This document shows positions 27,701-37,490 of a stretch of DNA of 55,352 nt, one piece after another. This stretch comes from a virus (Duplodnaviria; Caudoviricetes), in IMG/VR virus record IMGVR_UViG_3300037467_002425, positions 1 through 55,352 of that record; one strand, written 5' to 3'. The first letter of the stretch is position 1. The number at the start of each line of letters is the position of its first letter. The translations under genes were made by a program, and so were the position numbers. The notes beneath the pieces were generated by a model. That model was not told the DNA's origin and searched no databases. It saw only the letters and a program-made list of their open reading frames with translations.

Positions 27701-28634
27701 TAGCTCTCTGGTAAGTAAATTCAGTGCGTCTTTTAACCAAAGCATTCTTTCCAGTTTCACTAAACAACTGACGGAAAATTTAGGAAAAACCTTAATCGCT
27801 CCAACAGATAAACAATTAACTATTTCTCCTGAAGAACAAGCAGCTCAGAATGTAGCCGACACGCTTAAAAATGCAGGTAATAACTTAGCAGAAGAAATAA
27901 AACAAGCAGGAGTGGCTTTTGCAAATTCTATAAAAGGCGCGAGTATTAATCCATTAAGCAACACTGGCGTAAATGCAAAAGGTGACTTAGTTCCATTGGA
28001 TACTGGAACAGGTTCATTTACCGGAAATTTTAATACTGCAGATTTTGGTAATACGGTTACTGATTCAGCCAGTACTTTTTCCAATACGACTACAGAAGCT
28101 GCCACTAAAGCGGGTAATAAAATTACTAGTGGAGGTGCATCTGCCGGGCAGTCCATTTCTGATAGTGGTAATAAATTATCCTTATCAGTCGCAAGAGCTG
28201 CGTCTGCATTAAGTATAGCGGGCGGTATTGTGTCAGGTGTAACGTCTCCAACAAGTACTGTAGGACAAGGAATAGGTGGCGCTTTATCAGGTGCTGGTGA
28301 AGGCGCATTAATTGGTTCTGCCATTGCACCGGGTATTGGAACTTTAGTAGGGGCTGTAGGTGGATTTATTGTAGGTGGTATCAGCGGTATATTTGGCGCG
28401 TCCAAAGCTAAGAAACAGGAAGAATTACAGCAAAAGCAATTAGAGCAGCAGAAATTGACTAATGAATTACTTGCACGGCAAAATGCTTTGGCCTATACTT
28501 CATCTATTATAGGCCGGATGACTCAGCAAGGTATTGTCACTGGCGTTGATCTTAATTCATTTGGAGAACTAACCGCTACTGTTAGCGGTAAAGATTTGCA
28601 ATTCGTATTGGGGAGGGCAGCAAATGGGCGTTAA
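24738..28634 (+). CDS. Tape measure protein
   Basis: 1298 aa, Ala/Gln-rich and helical with Gly-rich hydrophobic segments; follows the chaperones. Confidence 0.92.
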   Translation: MARLIYEIGGDVTGLENAINQGLNLLKQFDAKSTEVKITVPDISPQFRAGIAALDQLGEKLLVVQGNTTLFGESVKLQSQEVAAYQSALNSLLANGFDPMDADVQRLKQRIDDLTQSLKNIRGVQPPGSFINDTSPLPSAENVARPDLTGAVGQQSELISQLNQQLAQGTITTEQYNQALLGANSTLNTLSESTANATGALESEIGIIAGMKQALADLNSIRLNTLNEQDLPKLNAEIQQTEFEIKRLSNIGKEGFDSFGNAIKGVSVQNVNGQLISLSNNLFGARQISRDLVRTLDAGSISGFAKAVGLLAVDFLFFAQNAQFARTSTIGATAAIAAEGEVAAGSALTTGALGAAFSSLLTPTSLIVLGIAAAGAAFIAYEKSQKTATETATEHLKALREQKQALADYVSTLTPAQQVEANAAQNYAESTIKLEELVFAVKNNTGAIFDGKTALEDLQKLYPVFFANIDEAASKTDKFTAAANAAKESLQALGEFQAANKLAQQFREVAVSNQAAANSLLKPLTDIKTQLDQATESFKKAGSQFTQSFSGPGGGGASSAATGLNQLQVQYNNLLEKIKGYNQAVAEANQKTQSFIDIANSRAPKAGLVTVKPEKDTADVINQFDTLKQKLDEIIQKNSALAGNNGLKGYAADVADIVKQFTDLNNAVSSFAIQVNKAFERGALTASQRDKLLAPLPSIKTAIPQNEDAAINQAKIKDAQATADAIQKINDQFGIKEQAGFNEELSRIKKLYDSILEEARKSTLTRQQIEENYQRAVQNAQGNSTALANAKRIHDAQVQQAQDADARIVAAQKDILPAILAVDEKYIQQEQQTYGKIIDIANQAFEALDSGEASRTDKINLEWQKRITSANAYFDKLRDLAKAANLPQSSTDNINTIQAQVNVLLKAANAQQVSVEISKPFADALQGATDSFVKNFYDSLTGLGQARQTIDDKYFSQLAAATDQATINQINSLKKIEQQATTSFGAIFSSLVSKFSASFNQSILSSFTKQLTENLGKTLIAPTDKQLTISPEEQAAQNVADTLKNAGNNLAEEIKQAGVAFANSIKGASINPLSNTGVNAKGDLVPLDTGTGSFTGNFNTADFGNTVTDSASTFSNTTTEAATKAGNKITSGGASAGQSISDSGNKLSLSVARAASALSIAGGIVSGVTSPTSTVGQGIGGALSGAGEGALIGSAIAPGIGTLVGAVGGFIVGGISGIFGASKAKKQEELQQKQLEQQKLTNELLARQNALAYTSSIIGRMTQQGIVTGVDLNSFGELTATVSGKDLQFVLGRAANGR

Positions 28635-30606
28635 ATACATGGTGCAGTATCGTTCTGATAATGATGTTGCGTGGCAGGTAAATATTGAAAAGCCCAATTA
28701 TAACGGAGATATAATTGTATTGCGTGGTGTTTCCGGACAGGCGGCACAGTTAGATTATGAAGCAGAAAGCGCAGATGATCCTTTTAACGAGTTTGTTCCT
28801 TCGGTACTGACTGTGAATGTATATAATGAGGGAACTGTCGACGTAGATGAGTTAATGCGGGCAGGGGATAAAGACTTCAATGTAAAATGGTTTGCGAACG
28901 GGGTATTACAGTGGGCGGGATATTTAAAACCGGAAAATATGCAGTGGAATTTTTTAACGCCGCCACAGAAACTTGCGATCACTTTTGCTTGCGGACTAGC
29001 ACTTTTAGATAATATTCCTTACGTGCATACTGATCTGATGGGGACAACAGGTTCATTAAGCCGGTGCCCGATGAATTATATCCGGAATATTTTATTTAGT
29101 AATCTTGACATTAAATTGCCGATACGCTGGACCAACCAGTTACAGTGTACAGCTTTCACAGACGATGTTTTTACGGGTGGTGTACAGTGGTCACCTTTTA
29201 ATGAAGGATTTTATACCTATCAGCAAGGTATTAATGGTGACCAACCAGGAGCTGCGCAGAAATGCGGTTATATCTTACGGGGCTTTATGAAAGCTATGCA
29301 GTGTCGTATATACCAGTCTAAAGGAAAATGGATTATAAGGCGGGTAAACGATGTAATAGCAGGTAGTGTTCCATTTAAAGAAATAGCGGCGAATCTTGGT
29401 ATGATGAGCGTTGTCCAGGGAGTAGATTCATTAAGTAAACGTATAGGCCGCTTGGGGTATCGTTTCGTTAATGAGAACGCAGTGGTAACTGTCATACAAG
29501 GTATAAAATCATTTAAAACAACCTATACTGCTAATATTCGCACTAATATTGTCCCGAACGGCAACTATGATATTTTAAACAGTAATTTAACTGTTGTTGA
29601 AGTCTTATCAGGGGGAATTTTTTTATACTGGGGCAGCTATGACTCTCTTGTAGTGAATAATGAGGCGTCATTAGATGGAAGAAACGGATATTGTGCTCAG
29701 CTTACAAACGTAAGCGGAGACGAGTATTTTACAATGGTTTCTGATGGAGGAATTTTAGGTAAAGATGGTTTGCCTGTTGATGTTTATACACTTATTAAAA
29801 TTATCAACTTCAGTTTTACTTTTTCGCCCGGAACAGGATTTGCACCTGTAGATGGAAGTGATTTTATTATTTGGACGAGCAACCCTCTTCAGTTCAAAAT
29901 GATATTAAATGTAGGAGCCACGCAATATTTTTTGAATGAATACGGGACTTGGCAAACAGTCGATCACTGGATACCGATCACTGTACAAGGACTGAAAATA
30001 GGTGATATTGCACAAATCAATTTTGATAAATTTCAGGGGGTAAAAGTGCCGCAACCCCCTACTCAGCCACAAGCAGGAGATACCTGCGACCTGCAAATTA
30101 TTTTTAAAGTACAGTCGGGACAAACTTATTCATTGGATAACGTAAAGATTACGATCGATAATGGAAACGATGTATATGAGGCCATCAATGATGATAATAC
30201 AAATACATCAACCGGTAATACAGAACTCAATATAAGCACTAGTTTTGGCGGGTATATGTTGAGTAATTTTATGACCTCTCCATTTAAGTCAGATTCAGAA
30301 TGTAAATTTAATGATGGTATTCTTTATAGTGGGACACTGACGGGACTGAACTCTCATGCCCGTATGCGGTTTCTTTATAAATCATCGCAAGTAATGAACA
30401 CTGATATGTACACAGATGGCGCGATATGGTCATTTGATGAAATTTACAGTGTAGATACTTTATTAGGTAAAAAATTTCTACCTTTAAATGCAAAGTATTA
30501 TAGTGAAAAGGATATTGTGAATATAGTAGCGATAGAATCCCGAAATGATAATATTACACTTCGGGAAAATTTTTATAGTTCAAACGATCAGCAAAACAGC
30601 AACTAA
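28624..30606 (+). CDS. Tail tip/hub protein
   Basis: 660 aa beta-rich protein directly after the TMP; W.GY..P, GLA.L, RIYQ..GKW.I pattern. Confidence 0.65.
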   Translation: MGVKYMVQYRSDNDVAWQVNIEKPNYNGDIIVLRGVSGQAAQLDYEAESADDPFNEFVPSVLTVNVYNEGTVDVDELMRAGDKDFNVKWFANGVLQWAGYLKPENMQWNFLTPPQKLAITFACGLALLDNIPYVHTDLMGTTGSLSRCPMNYIRNILFSNLDIKLPIRWTNQLQCTAFTDDVFTGGVQWSPFNEGFYTYQQGINGDQPGAAQKCGYILRGFMKAMQCRIYQSKGKWIIRRVNDVIAGSVPFKEIAANLGMMSVVQGVDSLSKRIGRLGYRFVNENAVVTVIQGIKSFKTTYTANIRTNIVPNGNYDILNSNLTVVEVLSGGIFLYWGSYDSLVVNNEASLDGRNGYCAQLTNVSGDEYFTMVSDGGILGKDGLPVDVYTLIKIINFSFTFSPGTGFAPVDGSDFIIWTSNPLQFKMILNVGATQYFLNEYGTWQTVDHWIPITVQGLKIGDIAQINFDKFQGVKVPQPPTQPQAGDTCDLQIIFKVQSGQTYSLDNVKITIDNGNDVYEAINDDNTNTSTGNTELNISTSFGGYMLSNFMTSPFKSDSECKFNDGILYSGTLTGLNSHARMRFLYKSSQVMNTDMYTDGAIWSFDEIYSVDTLLGKKFLPLNAKYYSEKDIVNIVAIESRNDNITLRENFYSSNDQQNSN

Positions 30607-31646
30607 TGAGCGGACCTTATACCATTCTTAATGCCAGGGTGCAGCAGAAAAAAGGTACTGAAGCTGAATGGCTGGCGCAGGAAGCTGAGCTAGGCCCTAT
30701 TCTTGACGGTGAACAGGCTTTTGTTGTAGATACTGCCGGAGTCGGTATAAATTTTAAAATAGGGGATGGTACAAAGTTATTTTCGGAACTCCCATATTTT
30801 ATTCAGTATAACGCGAGGGCGTCCAATATTAAAAGTCTTCCTTTTATTGACGCGAATACCGACCAGATTGTTACCAGTGTATTTCGAAACTTCAGTTGTT
30901 TATATGATATTATTTTAATCAATAATAGCGGCGTAACTCTTGATTTTAAAGTAGGAACTACACTAGGTGGTAACGAGATAATGGAAATATCGGTACCTAC
31001 CGGCATTTACCCTATTTCTTTACGTAAAGTTTTTCAGGCAGATACTACTGTTTATTTCTCGGGGCTGGCAGGACATAGTTACAGTATGTTCCTGATGTAC
31101 TTCCAGTATGACGAAGCACCAGCGACTACCTCAGGAATTGGTTCTTTCCGTTGGCCACGTTGTTTTAAAGGTGCATTCGAACCTTTAAATGATACTGATC
31201 TGGATGCTAACTGGGATTTTACAACTGGAAGGGGGATCGCCGGTACTGTATGGGAAAACTGCGCTATATCTGGTACTAATGGAACAGAGGATATGGGTCG
31301 TTTTTACCCTGTAGGGTGGAAAGTAGGTGATAGCCTTAGACCCGCGACTACATTCGGCAATTCAGGAGGATTAGTGACTTTAACTGAAGAAAATATACCG
31401 GAGCATGCGCATAAAATGTTTTCAGGCGCAGCCCCTGCAGGAGAATTATTACCGGATCCGGATGGTACAAATGCGGTTGCATGGGCTTTGAATGTAGATA
31501 CAAAACGAGATTACCAAATGAAAAAGGCGGCTGACAGTAATGTTAGTGCAGGAACTACTTCTAAATACGGACAGGCGATCCCTACAGCGATAGATGTTCG
31601 TCCTTTATCAAAAGTTTGTTTATACTGGGTAGCTATATCAGATTAA
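30606..31646 (+). CDS. Baseplate/fibre attachment protein
   Basis: N-terminal W....LDGE...FKIGDG..F..LPY fibre-anchor motif; C-terminal collar-like VTLT..NIP.HAH...IDVRP. Confidence 0.7.
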   Translation: MSGPYTILNARVQQKKGTEAEWLAQEAELGPILDGEQAFVVDTAGVGINFKIGDGTKLFSELPYFIQYNARASNIKSLPFIDANTDQIVTSVFRNFSCLYDIILINNSGVTLDFKVGTTLGGNEIMEISVPTGIYPISLRKVFQADTTVYFSGLAGHSYSMFLMYFQYDEAPATTSGIGSFRWPRCFKGAFEPLNDTDLDANWDFTTGRGIAGTVWENCAISGTNGTEDMGRFYPVGWKVGDSLRPATTFGNSGGLVTLTEENIPEHAHKMFSGAAPAGELLPDPDGTNAVAWALNVDTKRDYQMKKAADSNVSAGTTSKYGQAIPTAIDVRPLSKVCLYWVAISD

Positions 31647-31647
31647 A

Positions 31648-32091
31648 ATGAGCGGAATTGTATATATAGCGGATATTGTAAAAGCTTCTGTACCAGAAGA
31701 AATCATCTTGATCGATGATAGGATGGGGTACGACCAGACACGCCTAGCTTCTGATTTGACAGATAATGAATTCGCTACTGTAGGCATGTTGGGAATGATA
31801 AGCGGCGGCGATGTTTTTACAATTCCTGCAGGAACTCCTATACCATTTTTCATTGATATTTCCTTACATGCAGGTAAAACTGCAAATACAGAAGTAATTA
31901 CAAAAGCTACATCTTATGATCCATCTACAGGCATTGCTACGGGCCGGTTACAACGGTGGTATGATATGCTTATTGAAGATCAGGATACGAATAATGACGG
32001 TACAGGAGATTTTACAGGCTGGAATATTTACGGGCATGATGATGGCGCCGGTAATTTTAAAGAAGATACAATCATAATTTTGAAAGGATGA
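31648..32091 (+). CDS. Virion accessory protein with a domain shared with the tail terminator
   Basis: IPAGTPIP...[17 protein letters not shown]...F.EDT.I.L. Confidence 0.65.
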   Translation: MSGIVYIADIVKASVPEEIILIDDRMGYDQTRLASDLTDNEFATVGMLGMISGGDVFTIPAGTPIPFFIDISLHAGKTANTEVITKATSYDPSTGIATGRLQRWYDMLIEDQDTNNDGTGDFTGWNIYGHDDGAGNFKEDTIIILKG

Positions 32092-33863
32092 AAAAATTAT
32101 TATTTTTTATTTTTCTATTACCTGTTTGGTGCTTTGCTCAAACAAATTTTGCACCTCAGTTCAAAAGAAATATTCCTGCGGATAGCTTATTAGGATATTC
32201 TATACCAGGTATTAACGGTAATCACTGGTTACCGGATACGAACTGGGTTAAAAAACATGGCGGACAAGATTTAATTTCTAAAGCGACTGATTTTGAAGGG
32301 GTAGGAACAACGAGTGATAAGTTTGGATTGAGAGATACGCTGTTAAAATCTCATTGGGTTATAGCTAGCGGAGATGTACTAAATCCTGCTTTAACATTAG
32401 TGCAAAAAGGTTCCCAACCTGGATTACGCATTGAAAATGGAGAAAATGTTGATGGCCGGTCAGTTATATGGTATATATCTACTAAAGGAAGTAAATTTTT
32501 TGAAGTTGGTGTTAATTCCGCGGGCCTTAATCATGATTATGCAATTAGAAATGTAAACGGAGCTATTACACCGGCTGTTGATTTTATAATGACAATTGAT
32601 ACAGATATTACAAGATGGTATCATCCGGTAATATTTAGTGGACAACGAACAGCTTCAACAGCGGATAGTGTGTGGGGGGTAAAGAATGATACATTAGTTA
32701 AAGTACCGTTTTCAAGCAGTAGTGGTACAGTTACATCTATCACCCCAGGTATTGGATTCACGAGCCATACGCCAATTACCAGCGTAGGCACGATGAATGT
32801 TGATACGGTATCAACTATTGCTACTCTGTATTATGCATCTACAATCGTTGGACCTGATGGAGTAGTTACCGGCATGAGCCCCGTAACGGTTTCAGGAACT
32901 ACGGCAACCGTCCCATCGGGAACTTATAGGCTTAACAATACTTTAATTACCAAAGGGTCAAGTACCAACGTTACCATCGACCCCCAGGATGCAACATCGG
33001 ATAGGATTGATCTGATTGTAGGTGATGCATCAGGAGTATTAAGTAAAGTCAGCGGTTCGCTTGCGGCTACACCGGCTCAGCCTGATGTTCCGTCAAACAA
33101 AGCACTTATTTCATGGGTGTATATTCCCGCAACCGGGGGAACGGTAACTACAGGCGGTGGGGGAAGCACAAAAGGCACTGTTACAACTGTAAAAGGAGTT
33201 AACGCTAATGGGTTTACGTTTTCAATAGTAAATCCCACCACAACGCCAACTATTACTTTGGCTTTGCAAAATGCTACGGCATCACAATCCGGCCAGTTGA
33301 CTTCAACAGATTGGAATACGTTTAATAATAAGCAATCGGCATTAACATTTTCAACTGGATTGATAAACAACTCAGGAACCGTAAAGGGCGATACTACGGT
33401 TTTACAAACAATTGCTAATTTCTTCCCAAAAGGCGATACGAGGTATTATAAGGCATCTAACCCATCTGGATATATAAGCACCATTTCGGGCATAGCAGCT
33501 GGCGGGGATCTCACTGGTACATACCCTAATCCTACGTTGGCTAATACCGCCGTAACAGCCGGGTCATACACCAACGCTAACATTACTGTTGATGCTAAAG
33601 GGCGTATTACAGCGGCGGCAAATGGTAGTGGCGGCGGCTTAGCATCTTCCAATTTCGTTTACGGTGAGGTGCCGTCCGGTAGTATTAACAGCACTAACGT
33701 TACTTATACGCTTGCAAATACACCCACATCAGGAACGGTAAACGTATTCTTAAACGGCAATAGACAGACTATTACTACCAATTACACAATATCAGGTTCG
33801 ACCATAACATTTACTTTCCCTCCGCAAACAGGGGATGTTATCGCAATTAATTACATGAAATAA
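32088..33863 (+). CDS. Tail-fibre-like protein with an N-terminal Sec signal peptide
   Basis: [17 protein letters not shown]|Q. Fibre repeats [33 protein letters not shown] and DWNTFNNKQ; small C-terminal beta domain. Confidence 0.75.
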   Translation: MKKLLFFIFLLPVWCFAQTNFAPQFKRNIPADSLLGYSIPGINGNHWLPDTNWVKKHGGQDLISKATDFEGVGTTSDKFGLRDTLLKSHWVIASGDVLNPALTLVQKGSQPGLRIENGENVDGRSVIWYISTKGSKFFEVGVNSAGLNHDYAIRNVNGAITPAVDFIMTIDTDITRWYHPVIFSGQRTASTADSVWGVKNDTLVKVPFSSSSGTVTSITPGIGFTSHTPITSVGTMNVDTVSTIATLYYASTIVGPDGVVTGMSPVTVSGTTATVPSGTYRLNNTLITKGSSTNVTIDPQDATSDRIDLIVGDASGVLSKVSGSLAATPAQPDVPSNKALISWVYIPATGGTVTTGGGGSTKGTVTTVKGVNANGFTFSIVNPTTTPTITLALQNATASQSGQLTSTDWNTFNNKQSALTFSTGLINNSGTVKGDTTVLQTIANFFPKGDTRYYKASNPSGYISTISGIAAGGDLTGTYPNPTLANTAVTAGSYTNANITVDAKGRITAAANGSGGGLASSNFVYGEVPSGSINSTNVTYTLANTPTSGTVNVFLNGNRQTITTNYTISGSTITFTFPPQTGDVIAINYMK

Positions 33864-33864
33864 G

Positions 33865-35928
33865 ATGAAAAAATTACTTTTTATATTACTGCTATTTCCT
33901 TTGTTTTCCTTCGGTCAACAGGGTGGAATAACTATAAATCAGATTCAGCCTAATTTTCAAACGGGGGGCGTTTGGCATCCAATGGCTACTGCTATGACGC
34001 CAGACCTTGTTGCTGACGCGTCTAATATACAGGAGCCGTGCGTACTCTACGAGGGATCACCACAGGTAATAACAGATGCAACGGGAAGCGTTTATAAAAT
34101 GCTTTTTACAGCAGGAGGCAGCACACAAAATATAATGTATGCAGAGTCGGTAGATGGTAACGATTGGGTAAGGCGCAGCACTATATGTATAGCCAATCAC
34201 GCGAGAACATCACTTTTAAAAGTGGGTTCGACTTATTACTGCTATTGTGTGCCGACATCTGGATTCGGTCAGGTAGATGTTTACACGTCTACAGATATGA
34301 TTAACTGGACATTGGCGGCGGCGGCAATCATAACCAAAGGAAGCGCAGGCACATGGAATGGTAGTTCCGTAGCTAATATGGCGCTTTATTACGACGGAAC
34401 CACATATCATATGTTGTTATCTGGCACAAATGGAGGTACTGCACCATTTACTACCGGATATTATCATTCAACGTCTCCAACAAGCGGATGGACTGCTTAC
34501 GCTAGCAACCCCGTATTGGGAGTTATGAACGGTAACGCTATGCAAGCCTCTTATCTCACAAAAGTAGGCAGTACTTATTACTGCTGGGCTTTTGGAAATA
34601 GCGTAAATAATTTTTTACCTTCAGATATTTATACATATGAATCAACTAATTTAACTACATGGACTGCGCATAATAGCGGCAATCCGACTTTTCCTAGATC
34701 GCAAAGTGACGAAGGCGTAGGAAGATCTGCCGGGCAAGTAGCTAATCCATTTTTAGTTGAAGTGTCAGGTAAAACTCATATGTTCTATGAAGCAGGAGGC
34801 GATGGCTCTGGTAGTGGCGCAGGTGCGCATATAAAACACGCTATAGCAAATTTGACTATTGCAAATTTAGCTTTAACAACTGAGGGGAATGGCTCTGCTT
34901 TAACACCAGAGCAGGTCGTTAATTCATATACAAAAACAGCTAGCGATTTAAATTATATTCCTAATGCAACCAATGTGGGGGCTAATGCTACATGGACGCC
35001 AGGTTCTATTTTACTAGGTGTTGATCCTGCAAATGATTACGGTATAAGACTTAGAAACTCGACTACAACTACAACCTTTTCATTTCTTGATTATAGCAAT
35101 TTGGCTTTTTATGCTTCCGGTGGAGTAAATAATAATTTTGCTGGAAATAGTACTGGCATTACTCTTAACGCGTGGAATAATATTAATTTTAAAAATGTAT
35201 CAGGATCTGGCACAACGAGCTTGGGGAATTTTGACAATACGGGTTTGTTAACCACTACTAACGGCGTTAATACAAAAGGGGGCGGTTTTTTCTTTTCACC
35301 GACTTCTGCCTATGGGGCATCTGTAAACCCTGCTGTTAATTTACAAAATAGTAGTGCAGCTACTTCTGGAACAGTTTCAAGATATTCTCCTGCTATTTAT
35401 CAAGTGGGGTCTGCATGGACTGGATCGGCATCTCAACAAGCTCAATTTTATTCCATTCTTGAGCCTGTCTCCGGAACAAATCCAATTACGTATAATTATC
35501 TCTGGCGCCATAATATAAATTCAGGAGGGGATGCAGATGTAATGAAATTAAATAGCAATGGCACATTATACCCATCGCATTTGGGCAGTCTAACATCCGC
35601 CCCAACTATAGCCGCCGGAACAGGAGCAGGTACATCGCCAACTGTTTCAATAGCAGGAAATGACATTGCTCAAAAAGTAACTATAACCACCGGCTCAAGC
35701 CCTACGGCATCTGCTACCGTTGCAACTATCACATTTAATGTGGCCTATACTACTGCGCCTAGGGTAATATTAACGCCTGCCAACGCCAATGCAGCAGGAC
35801 TTTCGGGCGCATCTCAGGTGTATGTAGATGATTCTAGTATAGGAACAACCTCATATGTTATTTCAGTTGGTTCTGGAGGTCTTACAGCAAGTACAACCTA
35901 TTTATTTTATGCGCACGTAATACAATGA
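33865..35928 (+). CDS. Fibre/spike-like protein with a signal peptide and a five-bladed beta-propeller glycoside-hydrolase-like domain
   Basis: MKKLLFILLLFPLFSFG|Q. Propeller blades EPCVLY, YAESVDG..W, S.D..NW, NPVL, NPFLVE; Ser/Thr/Gly-rich C-terminal half. Confidence 0.7.
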   Translation: MKKLLFILLLFPLFSFGQQGGITINQIQPNFQTGGVWHPMATAMTPDLVADASNIQEPCVLYEGSPQVITDATGSVYKMLFTAGGSTQNIMYAESVDGNDWVRRSTICIANHARTSLLKVGSTYYCYCVPTSGFGQVDVYTSTDMINWTLAAAAIITKGSAGTWNGSSVANMALYYDGTTYHMLLSGTNGGTAPFTTGYYHSTSPTSGWTAYASNPVLGVMNGNAMQASYLTKVGSTYYCWAFGNSVNNFLPSDIYTYESTNLTTWTAHNSGNPTFPRSQSDEGVGRSAGQVANPFLVEVSGKTHMFYEAGGDGSGSGAGAHIKHAIANLTIANLALTTEGNGSALTPEQVVNSYTKTASDLNYIPNATNVGANATWTPGSILLGVDPANDYGIRLRNSTTTTTFSFLDYSNLAFYASGGVNNNFAGNSTGITLNAWNNINFKNVSGSGTTSLGNFDNTGLLTTTNGVNTKGGGFFFSPTSAYGASVNPAVNLQNSSAATSGTVSRYSPAIYQVGSAWTGSASQQAQFYSILEPVSGTNPITYNYLWRHNINSGGDADVMKLNSNGTLYPSHLGSLTSAPTIAAGTGAGTSPTVSIAGNDIAQKVTITTGSSPTASATVATITFNVAYTTAPRVILTPANANAAGLSGASQVYVDDSSIGTTSYVISVGSGGLTASTTYLFYAHVIQ

Positions 35929-36119
35929 CCTTCACCACCATCATACAAGCCATCGACCCACATACAGGCGAATTCGCTGAGTACGCAGGCCCGCTGATCG
36001 AGGCTGAGAGTTGGGAGCAGGCGCAGTATAAATGCGATACAACGGGGTTGGGATATTGCAAGGTAGACGGAGAATTTACAGGAGAACATACACATATTTT
36101 TAAACACGAACTAAATTAA
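35925..36119 (+). CDS. Hypothetical protein
   Basis: 64 aa ORF, ATGA-coupled. Confidence 0.6.
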   Translation: MTFTTIIQAIDPHTGEFAEYAGPLIEAESWEQAQYKCDTTGLGYCKVDGEFTGEHTHIFKHELN

Positions 36120-36126
36120 AATCACG

Positions 36127-36294
36127 ATGGGAGATTTACAACAAATCATTAGCGACCTGATCAATCAGCATGGTCAGGAAGCGGTACAAGAAGCGGTTAA
36201 TAGGCACTTGGCAAGTCAGGACATGGTAGTGCCACCAAAATGTCCTTCTGGCTATTACTGGAACGGTTCTGAATGCGTTTTGGATGTAGGATGA
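36127..36294 (+). CDS. Small peptide with a C-terminal Cys loop (55 aa)
   Basis: Manual ORF MGDLQQIISDLINQHGQEAVQEAVNRHLASQDMVVPPKCPSGYYWNGSECVLDVG; stop overlaps ATG 36291. Confidence 0.65.
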   Translation: MGDLQQIISDLINQHGQEAVQEAVNRHLASQDMVVPPKCPSGYYWNGSECVLDVG

Positions 36295-36662
36295 AAGCGA
36301 GGCTCATTATAACAACGATTGCGCTAATCTTATATCTTGCTTTGTTCAACCTGTATATATTTGAAATAAAGCGCCTCGATATTCAATCCTATAAACTGTT
36401 TTACAATTACCTAACGGCAGGAATGACCGTTTTTTATGTAGCCGATTGGAAGGCAGGATTTGTAAATAGGTATCACGAACATATAAATTTTATTTGTATA
36501 TTGTGCGTATTAGTTAACTATTTAATAATAATCCTTACACATCACACAGTGTTACATCAAGATAAACCAATAGAGTTGTTCTACGCTTTTAACGGCTCGG
36601 TTTTTGCAGTTACGGTATTGATTGTTATTAACTTCATTAAGCATGGCTACTATAAAAGCTAA
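36291..36662 (+). CDS. Multi-pass membrane protein (about 4 TM)
   Basis: Four hydrophobic segments; start reassigned to MKARLII. Confidence 0.7.
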   Translation: MKARLIITTIALILYLALFNLYIFEIKRLDIQSYKLFYNYLTAGMTVFYVADWKAGFVNRYHEHINFICILCVLVNYLIIILTHHTVLHQDKPIELFYAFNGSVFAVTVLIVINFIKHGYYKS

Positions 36663-36663
36663 G

Positions 36664-36909
36664 ATGGCAAATTTACCTATCCCTACTAATCAATGGTTAC
36701 AGCTTGTAGAAGACCTGCTACCATACCTTACTGTTTTTGGCTTAATGTGGAAGGCGTTTGACCTTGTGTTTAAGTACTTCTCAGATAAGCAGAGAGAGGC
36801 TGTTAAGGAGCTTATACGAACAGAGGTAAAGCCGGATATAGAAAGATTGAATGGTAATTTTGAGAGTCTTGAAAAGGCTATCTGGGCATTAGAGAAGAAG
36901 ATAACATGA
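36664..36909 (+). CDS. Membrane-anchored coiled-coil protein (holin/antiholin-like)
   Basis: One hydrophobic helix followed by a coiled coil; lysis region. Confidence 0.55.
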   Translation: MANLPIPTNQWLQLVEDLLPYLTVFGLMWKAFDLVFKYFSDKQREAVKELIRTEVKPDIERLNGNFESLEKAIWALEKKIT

Positions 36910-37175
36910 ACTCCGAAGACGTTTTTCTCAAATACGGCTTACCGGGTGTTTTTATTTTAATCTTATTGGTAGCTATAAAATGGGGTGCGACATTACTTCA
37001 AAAGATAGTAGCTGACCATAAATTAGAGCGTGAAGAATTGGAAAGATTACACAGGCAGGAAAGGGACGAATTTAGGAAGACCATAGAAAGGCAATTTGAA
37101 GACTCCAACCGGACTACGACAAATGCCACATCAGCACTAACAGAATTGACAACCCTTTTAAAATCACGGAAATGA
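36906..37175 (+). CDS. Holin-like single-TM coiled-coil protein
   Basis: YGLPGVFILILLVAIKW TM followed by a charged coil. Confidence 0.6.
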   Translation: MNSEDVFLKYGLPGVFILILLVAIKWGATLLQKIVADHKLEREELERLHRQERDEFRKTIERQFEDSNRTTTNATSALTELTTLLKSRK

Positions 37176-37459
37176 TTTACGAAATGATAGCTTCCCAAAT
37201 TATGTTTTGGGGGATAACATTATTTTCTTGCCTGATATGGTGGGAGTTTTATAAGTCAATAAACGGGCGTATGCGGGTGCTTGTTCTTCGCCTTTTTGCC
37301 ACTAAAATCTGGATTTATGGATTAGCGGGAGCTTACTACTTAGCATGGGATTTTGGATATTTCAGGGATATGTCAGGCTTATGGTTAAGATTGATCTGTA
37401 ACCTACCCATGGTGATCGTCATGTTTGAATGGTATAAGTATGTAAAGTATAAAAAATAA
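37172..37459 (+). CDS. Three-TM membrane protein
   Basis: Three hydrophobic segments and a basic C-terminus. Confidence 0.6.
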   Translation: MIYEMIASQIMFWGITLFSCLIWWEFYKSINGRMRVLVLRLFATKIWIYGLAGAYYLAWDFGYFRDMSGLWLRLICNLPMVIVMFEWYKYVKYKK

Positions 37460-37490
37460 TGTTTAGCTTTATACATAATTTGACAATCAA

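Noticed and set aside
32088-35928. Diversity-generating retroelement or invertible fibre cassette
   Set aside because: No reverse transcriptase or invertase was found and no template/variable repeat pair was seen.
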